This document shows positions 46,287 through 54,794 of a DNA stretch of 64,000 bases, one piece after another; positions within the stretch are counted from its first letter, which is position 1; every line of letters begins with the position of its first letter. This DNA comes from a virus (lineage: Duplodnaviria; Caudoviricetes), in the IMG/VR virus record IMGVR_UViG_3300048549_001527, one strand, 5' to 3'. The notes beneath the pieces are model-generated. The model had not been told where the DNA came from and ran no database searches. It saw nothing but the letters and a program-made list of their open reading frames with translations. A program made the translations under genes and the position numbers.

Positions 46287-46299
46287 CGAAAAAAAACAG

Positions 46300-46333
46300 T
46301 TGACATATCGTTTTGCCTGTGGTATACTGATTC
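46300..46333 (+). promoter_or_regulatory. Early promoter with GANTC directly after the -10 box
   Basis: TTGACA-N17-TATACT-GATTC, extended TGn. Confidence 0.85.
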
Positions 46334-46354
46334 TATAAACAGAAAGGATACAAG

Positions 46355-46534
46355 ATGAAAATGTGGAAAAGATTTTACGAAATAACAGTTACATCTTCTG
46401 AAGGAAAACTTCTACATAAGTCAGAAGAATATTCCGGATATTCAACATCTGAAGAACTAATGTATCTTGATAAGCAATATCCTGGTTGTAAAGTTGAAGC
46501 TGAGTTCAAAGAATATGAAATTAATTCAAATTAA
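46355..46534 (+). CDS. Hypothetical early protein (59 aa)
   Basis: Read manually (MKMWKRFYEITVTSSEG...); AAGGA RBS. Confidence 0.6.
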   Translation: MKMWKRFYEITVTSSEGKLLHKSEEYSGYSTSEELMYLDKQYPGCKVEAEFKEYEINSN

Positions 46535-46537
46535 CTA

Positions 46538-46566
46538 TTGACATTTCGTTTAGAATCAGTTATATT
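46538..46566 (+). promoter_or_regulatory. Early promoter, GAATCAG family
   Basis: TTGACA-N9-GAATCAG-t-TATATT; second GAATCAG beside RBS. Confidence 0.85.
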
Positions 46567-46597
46567 AATAGTATAACAAAATGAAAAGGAATCAGTA

Positions 46598-47005
46598 ATG
46601 GCTTTTACATACTCAGACGATTGTATCTCAGATCTTCATAAAGAAGTTTACGGCTACCGTCCTCGCGGTGCTTTCTTCGATGATTGGTCTAACTGTACTC
46701 CTGCTGAAAAGCAAAAGACGTGGGATGAATATTGCCGTGCTCTTGAAATTCAAATGGCTGAAACCAAATCTCAGGAAGAGCAAGACGTCGCCAAGTTTGA
46801 AGCTCGAGTTCAAGACGTAATTGGTCTTGGCGCCAACGACCGTAAAACAGCGCTTAGCTGGATTACTGGTTCTGAAACCTTTTATCACTCTCAAGATGTT
46901 GAACATTTTGTGTGGGAGCAAGGAATTTTGTTTACTCAATACGGTAAGCAGTTAGTTAAAGATCTTTTGAAGATCGTTGAATATAAGGAATATGATTATG
47001 CTTAA
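46598..47005 (+). CDS. Hypothetical early protein
   Basis: SDLHKEVYGYRPRG motif; RBS. Confidence 0.8.
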   Translation: MAFTYSDDCISDLHKEVYGYRPRGAFFDDWSNCTPAEKQKTWDEYCRALEIQMAETKSQEEQDVAKFEARVQDVIGLGANDRKTALSWITGSETFYHSQDVEHFVWEQGILFTQYGKQLVKDLLKIVEYKEYDYA

Positions 47006-47171
47006 TAAGTACTTTAGAATTGAAGCTTTTTCTTTTGAAGATGGCGAATACAAGTTGCAAGAGTTCGCAACTGGTTTTGCTCATAAGCAAGCCGCTGATT
47101 ACTTTCGTCGCCTGCATGATACTAATGAATTTGCTAAGATCACTATGAAACCTGTAAAGGCAGCTGCGTAA
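46998..47171 (+). CDS. Hypothetical early protein
   Basis: RBS-supported start 46998. Confidence 0.6.
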   Translation: MLNKYFRIEAFSFEDGEYKLQEFATGFAHKQAADYFRRLHDTNEFAKITMKPVKAAA

Positions 47172-47301
47172 TGACTGAAAGATTAATATACGGAACTGCA
47201 ATTGCAATTGCTCTTGTGTTATGTGGATGGTATATAATCCACATTTGGTCTGATTGTTTAAACGAAAACTCAGTGTTTACTTGTATGCGGATGCTTAATA
47301 A

Positions 47302-47553
47302 ATGACAAAGCTAACAAACCCTCTCGAGATTTCAGAATACAAACAGCGTTGGATGCGAGAAGGATCGCATTCAGTTCAAATCCATAGTGATCTTCGTAAC
47401 AAAGCGTTAGACTATTGTAAAGTTCAAATGTTCAGACAACAGTGGGTTCATAGGAAGTATACAGATGTATATGAAGATACATTCTTTTTTGAGCAATTGC
47501 TTGACGCAAAAGCTTTTGCAAATTATTTTAAAGAATGGGTAATTAACGATTGA
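47302..47553 (+). CDS. Hypothetical protein
   Basis: 83 aa ORF, YTDVYEDTFFFE motif. Confidence 0.7.
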   Translation: MTKLTNPLEISEYKQRWMREGSHSVQIHSDLRNKALDYCKVQMFRQQWVHRKYTDVYEDTFFFEQLLDAKAFANYFKEWVIND

Positions 47554-47578
47554 CATTCGTTATGAAATAGTATAGAGT
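47550..47578 (+). promoter_or_regulatory. Early promoter, variant without spacer GANTC
   Basis: TTGACA-N17-TAGAGT; spacer has GAAATAG; GAATC beside RBS. Confidence 0.7.
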
Positions 47579-47604
47579 AATTTTACAACAAAAGGAATCA
47601 CTCT

Positions 47605-47799
47605 ATGACACTATACACTAAAAAATCCGAAATTCTTTTTAACTATCTTGTACTTCCTCACTGGGAAAACCGTGAGGATTTTGGTCTTGTACATCTTGAC
47701 ACCAATGAAACAATCTATGAAGGTACCTGTTTTGAGTGCTGGACTTATCTTGCTAAAATCCAACCAAAGTGTCGTTGGTTACAAAAATATGTGAAATAA
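47605..47799 (+). CDS. Hypothetical early protein
   Basis: 64 aa, RBS. Confidence 0.65.
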   Translation: MTLYTKKSEILFNYLVLPHWENREDFGLVHLDTNETIYEGTCFECWTYLAKIQPKCRWLQKYVK

Positions 47800-47802
47800 C
47801 TA

Positions 47803-47831
47803 TTGACATTCCGTCGCGAATCAGATATATT
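47803..47831 (+). promoter_or_regulatory. Early promoter, GAATCAG family
   Basis: TTGACA-N9-GAATCAG-a-TATATT. Confidence 0.85.
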
Positions 47832-47860
47832 GTATATATCAAATGAAAAGGAACTATATC

Positions 47861-48142
47861 ATGGCTTATGTAACTTACAAAAATCGCTCATCATCAGACT
47901 ATCGTTTTACTTGTAAATCTCTTGATGATCCTGAGATTGCAAATCTTAAAGAAATACTTGTTAACCGCAACAGCTTCATTAAACGTGCCCGCAAACAAAC
48001 GGGTATGATGAGTTTTTATGGGAAACAAAAAACACAAGGACTTCGTATTCGTCCTCGTGGTCCTCGTCCGTCTCAGTGGGCAAAAGATACGCCTTGGGAA
48101 AACGCTACTCATTATGACGTTTACATCCGGGATTATTCATAA
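47861..48142 (+). CDS. Hypothetical basic early protein
   Basis: RBS-supported start 47861. Confidence 0.7.
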   Translation: MAYVTYKNRSSSDYRFTCKSLDDPEIANLKEILVNRNSFIKRARKQTGMMSFYGKQKTQGLRIRPRGPRPSQWAKDTPWENATHYDVYIRDYS

Positions 48143-48300
48143 TGGATTATAAAGATCTTGTAAAAAAGTTTGTCTCTGAAGGCGGTTCCATTACAAAGTG
48201 TGAACCGTCAAAGAAACGTTTCAAAACATTCCGCGGCAAGGCGGGAGCCTACAATCGTGGTGCTAAGAAAATCAATTTGCAGGATAAAGGTATTGCATAA
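48142..48300 (+). CDS. Hypothetical basic protein (52 aa)
   Basis: Read manually (MDYKDLVKKFVSEGGSITKC...); TAATG coupling at both ends. Confidence 0.65.
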   Translation: MDYKDLVKKFVSEGGSITKCEPSKKRFKTFRGKAGAYNRGAKKINLQDKGIA

Positions 48301-48833
48301 TGTGTAAATCTGCTATTAAAAATCTCGCATCTTTACTTCGCACTGAAGTCTTCGACAAAATTGATTCCTATTGGACTGAGGCTGAAACTTATAGTATTAT
48401 TGAACTCAGAGATTTAGGTAGCGGATATTACGACGAAGATCGTTATCAAGTTAATCATATTGTTGCTCCTAAAAGGAGCGGTAGATCTATTGATGCAAAT
48501 AGTGCCAAAGGCGTATACATTTGGTATCACGGAGATCAGATTATGTATGTTGGTAAAACAGACGCGCCTTCAACGAGTATTCACAAACGGCAATATGCCC
48601 ACTCGCGTAGCTTTACAACACCACACGAAAGACACGAATCTTCAGGACGTAAATATCGCGAGTTTTTAAAAGAAAATAATTTACATTCTATGGATATTGT
48701 GATAAAATATATTAATACTGATAAGTTTGATATTGAAGGTATGGCAGAACTCATTGAAACTGCAACTATTAATAATTATCAGCCATTACTTAATCGTGAA
48801 ATTAAAGGGAGAGGCCAGAGAGAATGCTATTAA
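48300..48833 (+). CDS. GIY-YIG-like nuclease
   Basis: KGVYIW..IMYVGKT, later H/R, E..I...QPLLN. Confidence 0.7.
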   Translation: MCKSAIKNLASLLRTEVFDKIDSYWTEAETYSIIELRDLGSGYYDEDRYQVNHIVAPKRSGRSIDANSAKGVYIWYHGDQIMYVGKTDAPSTSIHKRQYAHSRSFTTPHERHESSGRKYREFLKENNLHSMDIVIKYINTDKFDIEGMAELIETATINNYQPLLNREIKGRGQRECY

Positions 48834-49378
48834 TCATTGAAGGTATGGATCGCTGTGGTAAATCCACATTGGTACAAAACCTACGTAAAAAATATTTTAA
48901 AAATCCAAACATAATGGCTCACCATTCATCTTCTCCTCCTGACTTTGAAGATCCTAATGGTTGGGAAAAAGAACATTATGAGTCTTTGTTCATTGCATCT
49001 AAACGACTTGTAAATCAAATGAATTATGATATTATCTTTGACCGTTTCCATCTCGGTGCAATCGTCTATGGCGAAAAGTATCGTGCTGCAGACGGTAAAG
49101 ACATTTATGAATTAGATCGAAGGTTTCTTAGCGGATATAAAAATGCCGCTCTAATTTTGTTGACTGATACTACTGACGGTATTATGTCTCGTGATGATGG
49201 CGATAGCCTTGAACAAAGTAAAGAAGATTTCTTATATAGTCGTAACGCGTTTTTGACTGCGTTCAACGAGTCAAGCTGTAAACATAAACTAAGCATAAAT
49301 ATAACAAAGAACGGTGGAGTGGGTAACACATATGATACCGTTGTAAATTTTTTAGATGGAGTTCGTAATGAGAATTGA
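48824..49378 (+). CDS. Thymidylate-kinase-like dNMP kinase
   Basis: IIEGMDRCGKST P-loop, FDRFHLG. Confidence 0.85.
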   Translation: MLLIIEGMDRCGKSTLVQNLRKKYFKNPNIMAHHSSSPPDFEDPNGWEKEHYESLFIASKRLVNQMNYDIIFDRFHLGAIVYGEKYRAADGKDIYELDRRFLSGYKNAALILLTDTTDGIMSRDDGDSLEQSKEDFLYSRNAFLTAFNESSCKHKLSINITKNGGVGNTYDTVVNFLDGVRNEN

Positions 49379-50066
49379 TAGTGTACATGACATTCGTGAG
49401 TTCTTTAAAGGCGAGCTAGCCGACGAAGCATTTACAATTGATAAGACAGGCCAACGGACTATTGAATTAATTGGCGCAAACTTTCTTGCAACAGAACCTG
49501 CAATCTTTGGTGAACCAAGTCAAGCTTATATTAACTCTGAGCTTGCTTGGTATGAGTCGCAATCAACAAACATTAATGATATCTATGGACCATCCAAACC
49601 TGCTCCTGCCGCATGGCAATATTCAGCAGATCCACACGGTAATATTAATTCCAATTATGGTCATTTAGTATTCTCTAAAAAATATCATAACCAATTCCAA
49701 AATGCTTTTGATGAACTATGGAGTAACCCTGATAGCCGTCGTGCTCAAATGATTTACAATCGTCCATCTATTTGGGTTGAGTTTGACGAAGGTGGTAAGT
49801 CTGACTTTATTTGTACTAATGCACAAACGTTTTATATCCGCGATGGCATTCTGATGATGGTGTCACAAATGCGTTCTAACGACGCAATCTTTGGCTATAA
49901 AAACGACTATGCTTGGGCTCAATATCTTATGGATAAGTTTGTTGCTCAATGGAACCAACAATGTAAACTTCCTGGCAATAAGCACTTTACTATTGATAAA
50001 GGTATGCTTACATGGCAAGCTATGAATTTGCACGTGTATGAGCGCCACTTTGACTTGGTTGTATAA
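49368..50066 (+). CDS. gp42: dCMP hydroxymethylase (thymidylate synthase fold)
   Basis: Colinear with T4 gp42: DKTG..TIE.IGA.F, EL.WY, INSNYG, NPDSRR, DF.CTN, MRSND, NDYAW (Asp implies dCMP specificity), LHVY.RHF. Confidence 0.9.
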   Translation: MRIDSVHDIREFFKGELADEAFTIDKTGQRTIELIGANFLATEPAIFGEPSQAYINSELAWYESQSTNINDIYGPSKPAPAAWQYSADPHGNINSNYGHLVFSKKYHNQFQNAFDELWSNPDSRRAQMIYNRPSIWVEFDEGGKSDFICTNAQTFYIRDGILMMVSQMRSNDAIFGYKNDYAWAQYLMDKFVAQWNQQCKLPGNKHFTIDKGMLTWQAMNLHVYERHFDLVV

Positions 50067-50071
50067 ATAAC

Positions 50072-50323
50072 ATGAGTAAACTAATTCTTATTTCTGATAT
50101 TATTGAGACGCGGCTTCGTAAAGAAAAAGAAATTGAATATTATCAGAAGCAACTTGAAAAAATACAAAACAAAATGTTCTTCCTCAAAAAGGATCTTGAT
50201 ATCACAACATTAATTATTGACATGATTGAAAAAGAAAAGGTTGTTGATTTTAAAGAACAGATGGAGGACAAAACTATTATGTTAGGAAACAATAATGTGG
50301 ACAAAACCAAGACTGAAAACTAG
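50072..50323 (+). CDS. Hypothetical coiled-coil protein
   Basis: 83 aa; TATAAATA at 50062-50069 just upstream. Confidence 0.7.
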   Translation: MSKLILISDIIETRLRKEKEIEYYQKQLEKIQNKMFFLKKDLDITTLIIDMIEKEKVVDFKEQMEDKTIMLGNNNVDKTKTEN

Positions 50324-50576
50324 GCTAAAAGAAGGTAAATTTCTTGTAACTTGGAATAAAAGTTCTAAGACTAATGCAAACACACCTAGCACAACAAGGT
50401 CGTGTGAAGTTACATTAAAGCCAGAATTAATTCCAGAAGATAAACGCCATCGTTTACCTAATCCCCCGGCAACTGCAGATTACAGAGTTGGTGTATGGGA
50501 TTGCGAATTAAATGTATGGCATGTCGATGGAATACCGGCAACAAGAGTTATATCTGTTGTAGAAGTAACCGATTAA
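50295..50576 (+). CDS. Hypothetical protein, WYL_2/Sm-like suspected
   Basis: LK.G...VT..K..R....TL.PELIP..VWD pattern. Confidence 0.55.
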   Translation: MWTKPRLKTRLKEGKFLVTWNKSSKTNANTPSTTRSCEVTLKPELIPEDKRHRLPNPPATADYRVGVWDCELNVWHVDGIPATRVISVVEVTD

Positions 50577-50594
50577 AAACTGAAAGATTATATT

Positions 50595-51104
50595 ATGGAA
50601 GAACGTGAGCCTTACGAGGCATACATGCGTAGGCGCAATTTAGAAGAAGACACCCGTGAATTAAAATGGGATAACCGCTTTATGGAATTGGCTAAAACAA
50701 TTTCAGGATGGAGCAAAGATCCTTCGAGTAAAATTGGTGCAGTGGCAGTAAACGATGAACGCCGCATACTTGCGACTGGATATAACGGTTTCCCAAAAGG
50801 CATTGAAGATAGTCAAGAAAGACTAAACGATAGAGAACAAAAATATCCGCTTATTGTTCACGCTGAAACAAACGCGTTGATGAATGCGCTTTATGCTGGT
50901 GTTTCTTTAAAAAATGCAACAATGTACGTTCATGGATTACCCGTGTGTCCTGACTGTACTAAGCTTATTATTCAAGCAGGCATTCGTAGAATTGTTATTA
51001 ACAAATTCGTAATGAATACTCCAGAAAAATGGGTTGAGCTATGGAATAGCAAATCAGGACCTATGTTTAAAGAGGCAGGCGTATTGGTAACACAGCTTGG
51101 CTAA
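50595..51104 (+). CDS. cd: dCMP deaminase
   Basis: SKDPSSKIGA, TGYNGFP, HAETNA, PVCPDC. Confidence 0.93.
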   Translation: MEEREPYEAYMRRRNLEEDTRELKWDNRFMELAKTISGWSKDPSSKIGAVAVNDERRILATGYNGFPKGIEDSQERLNDREQKYPLIVHAETNALMNALYAGVSLKNATMYVHGLPVCPDCTKLIIQAGIRRIVINKFVMNTPEKWVELWNSKSGPMFKEAGVLVTQLG

Positions 51105-51759
51105 TAATTTAACTGATATATATGTTGGCGTTAAGAAAAACGATCCTAATCGTAAAAAGAATGACTTTTATCCAACTCCGCCTCTTGCCACATATGTATT
51201 GTGCAAGTATGGTAATCCTCCACAAAATTTAATTGAACCTTGTGCCGGTCGAGGTAACATAACAAGAGAATTAGTTCGTAACGGTCATAATGTTATATCG
51301 TATGACTTAAATGATTATAGTGATAAATTAGTACCTATTAAAACTACAGTTGATGCTATGGAATTACAAAAGCTTGATGGCTTTGATGGTGTAGTTACCA
51401 ATCCCCCATATCATAAAGACTTGCCGCGGAAGATGGCGGAAAAATGGATAAAAGAATATGATTACGTCGCAATGTTTTTAAGACTAACTTTCTTTGAAGG
51501 AAAAAAACGAAATAAACTATTTACAAACTACCCGCCTAGTGATATAATATTTTTATCAGATCGAGTTAGATTTGATTCTAATATTGTAGAACCAATTGAA
51601 AAGAAAGATCAGATCGGCGGCATGATTGCATATGCTTGGTTCATTTGGAACAAAAAGTATCCGCAAGGATTAACTAAAATGCGTTGGGCAATGCTTGAAG
51701 ATGAATATGACGAGTGGAGATTAAATTATGATAAATGTAGTAATACCGGCAGCAGGTGA
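51097..51759 (+). CDS. Amino (N6-adenine / N4-cytosine) DNA methyltransferase
   Basis: DFYPTP, EPCAGRG (motif I), TNPPY (motif IV). Confidence 0.85.
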   Translation: MANNLTDIYVGVKKNDPNRKKNDFYPTPPLATYVLCKYGNPPQNLIEPCAGRGNITRELVRNGHNVISYDLNDYSDKLVPIKTTVDAMELQKLDGFDGVVTNPPYHKDLPRKMAEKWIKEYDYVAMFLRLTFFEGKKRNKLFTNYPPSDIIFLSDRVRFDSNIVEPIEKKDQIGGMIAYAWFIWNKKYPQGLTKMRWAMLEDEYDEWRLNYDKCSNTGSR

Positions 51760-53203
51760 GGCAACAAGATTAAAGCCATTAACTGCAAATTGCTCGAAGG
51801 CAATGATACGCGTACACGGTAAACCTACTATTGAATATATTATTGAGTCAGTTCATAATAACGGCGCTGTAGTTAATCAAATCATTATAGTTGATGGCAA
51901 GCATGACGATATTCGTGAGTGGGTTGCAAAATCAAAATATAATAATATTAAATGTGTAAAACAAGGATCTCTTAACGGTCCTCGTGATGCTATTGATGTT
52001 GGTATTAACAGTTTAGAAAATCCTACGTATCCTTTAGTTGTATGGCTAGGGGATGCAATTATTCTTGAAGAAGAACTACCTTTAGGCACTGACTTTTTAT
52101 TAACCAAAGAAGTTGAAGATCACTTTGCTTGGTGTATGTGGGATGGTAAAAAATACTTTAATAAACCAAAAGAAAATATTGAACAAGCTTCAGCTCTAGT
52201 AGGTCTATACAGTTTCAGTAGAGGATACGAAGCATATCACGCTTTTCACTACTCAAAAGGTTATGACATATCAGATGCTTTGGAGTTATATGAAGAACAC
52301 GCTTCATTTAATAATATCAACACGGAAAAATGGTATGACATCGGCGACATATCTTCATATCACAAAACTTGCGCAACTCTACTAACATTCAAAGCTCGTG
52401 AATTTAATTCGTTTGAATACAATTCAGATCTTAATATGATTACTAAATGGCCGCAGTCTGATAATAAATTTGCCGTTAAGACTATTATGAATGAAAAGAA
52501 TTGGTATGAAAATCTGAGCCCACTGCAAAATATGTTTGTTCCTAAAATTTTGCCAGATCCATATGCACTAACAATGTCATATGAGTCTGGTATTTTGCTA
52601 TCTGATTTGTTTATGCATGAGGATCTAAGCCCGTCTACTATTGAATACTTAATTGAAAAGGTATTCATTATAATGAACAAGTACTTCCATAAAAAAGCAA
52701 CACTTGAATTTGTCGCAGACTTTTGGGATAACGCTGAAAAAATGTGGATTGATAAAACCAAAAATCGTGGCGCTGATGATTATTATCTTGATGTTGCAGA
52801 GCGCTGTCTTAGTAGAGCTCGCCCAGTTTCAGGTATGCACGGTGATTTGCATTTCGGTAATATTCTTTATAATCCATATAACGATAGCATTACCTTGTTA
52901 GATCCGCGTGGCTCTTATGGAGATCATGTTGGTTGCGGCGGAGATTGGATGTATGATATGTGCAAATTGTCACACGACCTTTTCCATGGATATAATGAAT
53001 TAGTTTCCGGGCATAAATACCCTCAGACAGTACGTGAAACCTTTGGCCGATTGGTACTTAAATATTACCCTGACGCATATGATGATATTATTGACGGCGG
53101 CGCTTTGTTAATTGCAACTTGTTTGCCATTACATTACGACTGTGAAGAACGCCAACAAAGAATGAGAGATTATATTAATGAATACGCAAACCTTAGTAGT
53201 TGA
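51728..53203 (+). CDS. Sugar nucleotidyltransferase fused to APH/choline-kinase-like domain
   Basis: VIPAAGEATRLKPLT..SKAM, WLGD; HGDLHFGNIL and LLDPRG kinase motifs. Confidence 0.85.
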   Translation: MINVVIPAAGEATRLKPLTANCSKAMIRVHGKPTIEYIIESVHNNGAVVNQIIIVDGKHDDIREWVAKSKYNNIKCVKQGSLNGPRDAIDVGINSLENPTYPLVVWLGDAIILEEELPLGTDFLLTKEVEDHFAWCMWDGKKYFNKPKENIEQASALVGLYSFSRGYEAYHAFHYSKGYDISDALELYEEHASFNNINTEKWYDIGDISSYHKTCATLLTFKAREFNSFEYNSDLNMITKWPQSDNKFAVKTIMNEKNWYENLSPLQNMFVPKILPDPYALTMSYESGILLSDLFMHEDLSPSTIEYLIEKVFIIMNKYFHKKATLEFVADFWDNAEKMWIDKTKNRGADDYYLDVAERCLSRARPVSGMHGDLHFGNILYNPYNDSITLLDPRGSYGDHVGCGGDWMYDMCKLSHDLFHGYNELVSGHKYPQTVRETFGRLVLKYYPDAYDDIIDGGALLIATCLPLHYDCEERQQRMRDYINEYANLSS

Positions 53204-53537
53204 TATTGATGACACGATTTGTACTCCGTTGCATGGCAGATCTGAATCTGAAGTTAAGTACGGAATGGCAAATCCTAATCGCCCAATGATTGCAAGTTTA
53301 CAAAAAGCAAAGAAAAACGGATATCGCATTGTACTTCATACCGCGCGACGAATGCTTACTCACGATGGTGACATAAATAAAATCATTAATGACGTCGGAA
53401 AAATAACCACAGACTGGTTGGATAAGTACGAAGTACCTTATGATGAAATTGTGTGGGGTAAACCACACGGTGTTTATTACATTGATGATAAAGCAATGAC
53501 TCCTGAAGAGTTCGTTAAGATGATGGAATGGAAGTGA
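53178..53537 (+). CDS. HAD-family phosphatase (capsule-biosynthesis type)
   Basis: DIDDTI, HTAR, GKP, YIDDKA. Confidence 0.88.
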   Translation: MNTQTLVVDIDDTICTPLHGRSESEVKYGMANPNRPMIASLQKAKKNGYRIVLHTARRMLTHDGDINKIINDVGKITTDWLDKYEVPYDEIVWGKPHGVYYIDDKAMTPEEFVKMMEWK

Positions 53538-53539
53538 TT

Positions 53540-54784
53540 ATGAAAAACATTGGTTTCGCAAAGATTGGTAAATCTATTAAATTTAAAACTAACAAGTACT
53601 CTCCCATTGGTGGAGATAATGAAGCGTCTTGCACTATACGAGCAATGGCAAACAACAACCCAGACAAAACGTTTTACCTAATTGGTCGTTCTGACTTTGG
53701 TGCATTGTCTGATACTGAACGTTTAGATTTGTTCCCATATGATAATGTAATTGACTGTTGGCACGGCGTTCCTTTGGCAATGTCAGAAACATATTATAAT
53801 CATATTATTAATTATTTTAAAGACATTGAGCTTGACTTTTCTGTTATGATGATTGGGCAAATTAGTAATGTTACAATCCCAGATAAAATTTGGAAAGTAC
53901 GTGAAAGTCAACAAGACGGCAAACCTGCTGCAACTCTTGATATGACTAAGTGGTACACAACTCCTATTACCAAATGGCTAAACGAAAGTAAGCCACGATG
54001 GATAGAAATTGTTAACGATCCACGATATGTTATCAAACAACCACGTGATGTATTTCATATGCCTTTCCGTTCTCTTGGACAATACGATTATGATTATGAA
54101 ACATTTTCTATTACTGATTACGAAAACCAAGAAAGATTAGTACGGGTTGTTCATTCTGAATATGCAGGAATGGAAACTGCTTTTTGCGGCGATTATGAAT
54201 ACACTGAACAAGTAAACACGGATCGTAACACAGACTTTATGGTTGTACTTAATGAAGGCAAACCGTCACGCTATAACTTACTTAAAAGCTGGGTACTTGA
54301 TAAATTTGATAACGTTGATATATACGGTAAGTGGCTCGACGAACGTGCTGAAAGCGACGAAAGGTTTAAAGGATCATTACATATCAATGAGATCCAAGAT
54401 AAACTACAGGATGTTAAGTTTACATTTATCATTCCAATTAAAGAAGGTTGGACCACATCAAAATATATTGAAATGATTCACGCTGGTGTTATTCCTTTCC
54501 TTCATCCAACTTATGACGACCAAGGTCATTTGCCTATTCCTAACTTTCTTAGACCTAAAACGCCTGAAGAATTTTATACAAATATGCAAAGACTAATTGA
54601 CAACCCAACAGAATACGAAACGGTTCTCAATGGATTGCGTAAAGCAATTCTTAAACCAGAATATTATGATGGTAGCTTTATTAATGACAATATTATGAAA
54701 GCTGCTGACGAAAATTATAAAAGACCTGACATGTTGCAGTTTACAAAGAAAAAAGCTGCGACACTTGAAGACTTTTTTGCATAG
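53540..54784 (+). CDS. GT-B glycosyltransferase resembling T4 beta-glucosyltransferase
   Basis: Colinear resemblance to Bgt (N-terminal K.IKFKT..E, NDPR, R..L..W..VDIYG, T.KYIE); C-terminal KKAATLEDFFA. Confidence 0.7.
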   Translation: MKNIGFAKIGKSIKFKTNKYSPIGGDNEASCTIRAMANNNPDKTFYLIGRSDFGALSDTERLDLFPYDNVIDCWHGVPLAMSETYYNHIINYFKDIELDFSVMMIGQISNVTIPDKIWKVRESQQDGKPAATLDMTKWYTTPITKWLNESKPRWIEIVNDPRYVIKQPRDVFHMPFRSLGQYDYDYETFSITDYENQERLVRVVHSEYAGMETAFCGDYEYTEQVNTDRNTDFMVVLNEGKPSRYNLLKSWVLDKFDNVDIYGKWLDERAESDERFKGSLHINEIQDKLQDVKFTFIIPIKEGWTTSKYIEMIHAGVIPFLHPTYDDQGHLPIPNFLRPKTPEEFYTNMQRLIDNPTEYETVLNGLRKAILKPEYYDGSFINDNIMKAADENYKRPDMLQFTKKKAATLEDFFA

Positions 54785-54794
54785 AGGATATAAA

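Noticed and set aside
49368-50066. Ordinary thymidylate synthase (ThyA)
   Set aside because: Has Asp (NDYAW) where dUMP enzymes have Asn, and is colinear with T4 gp42
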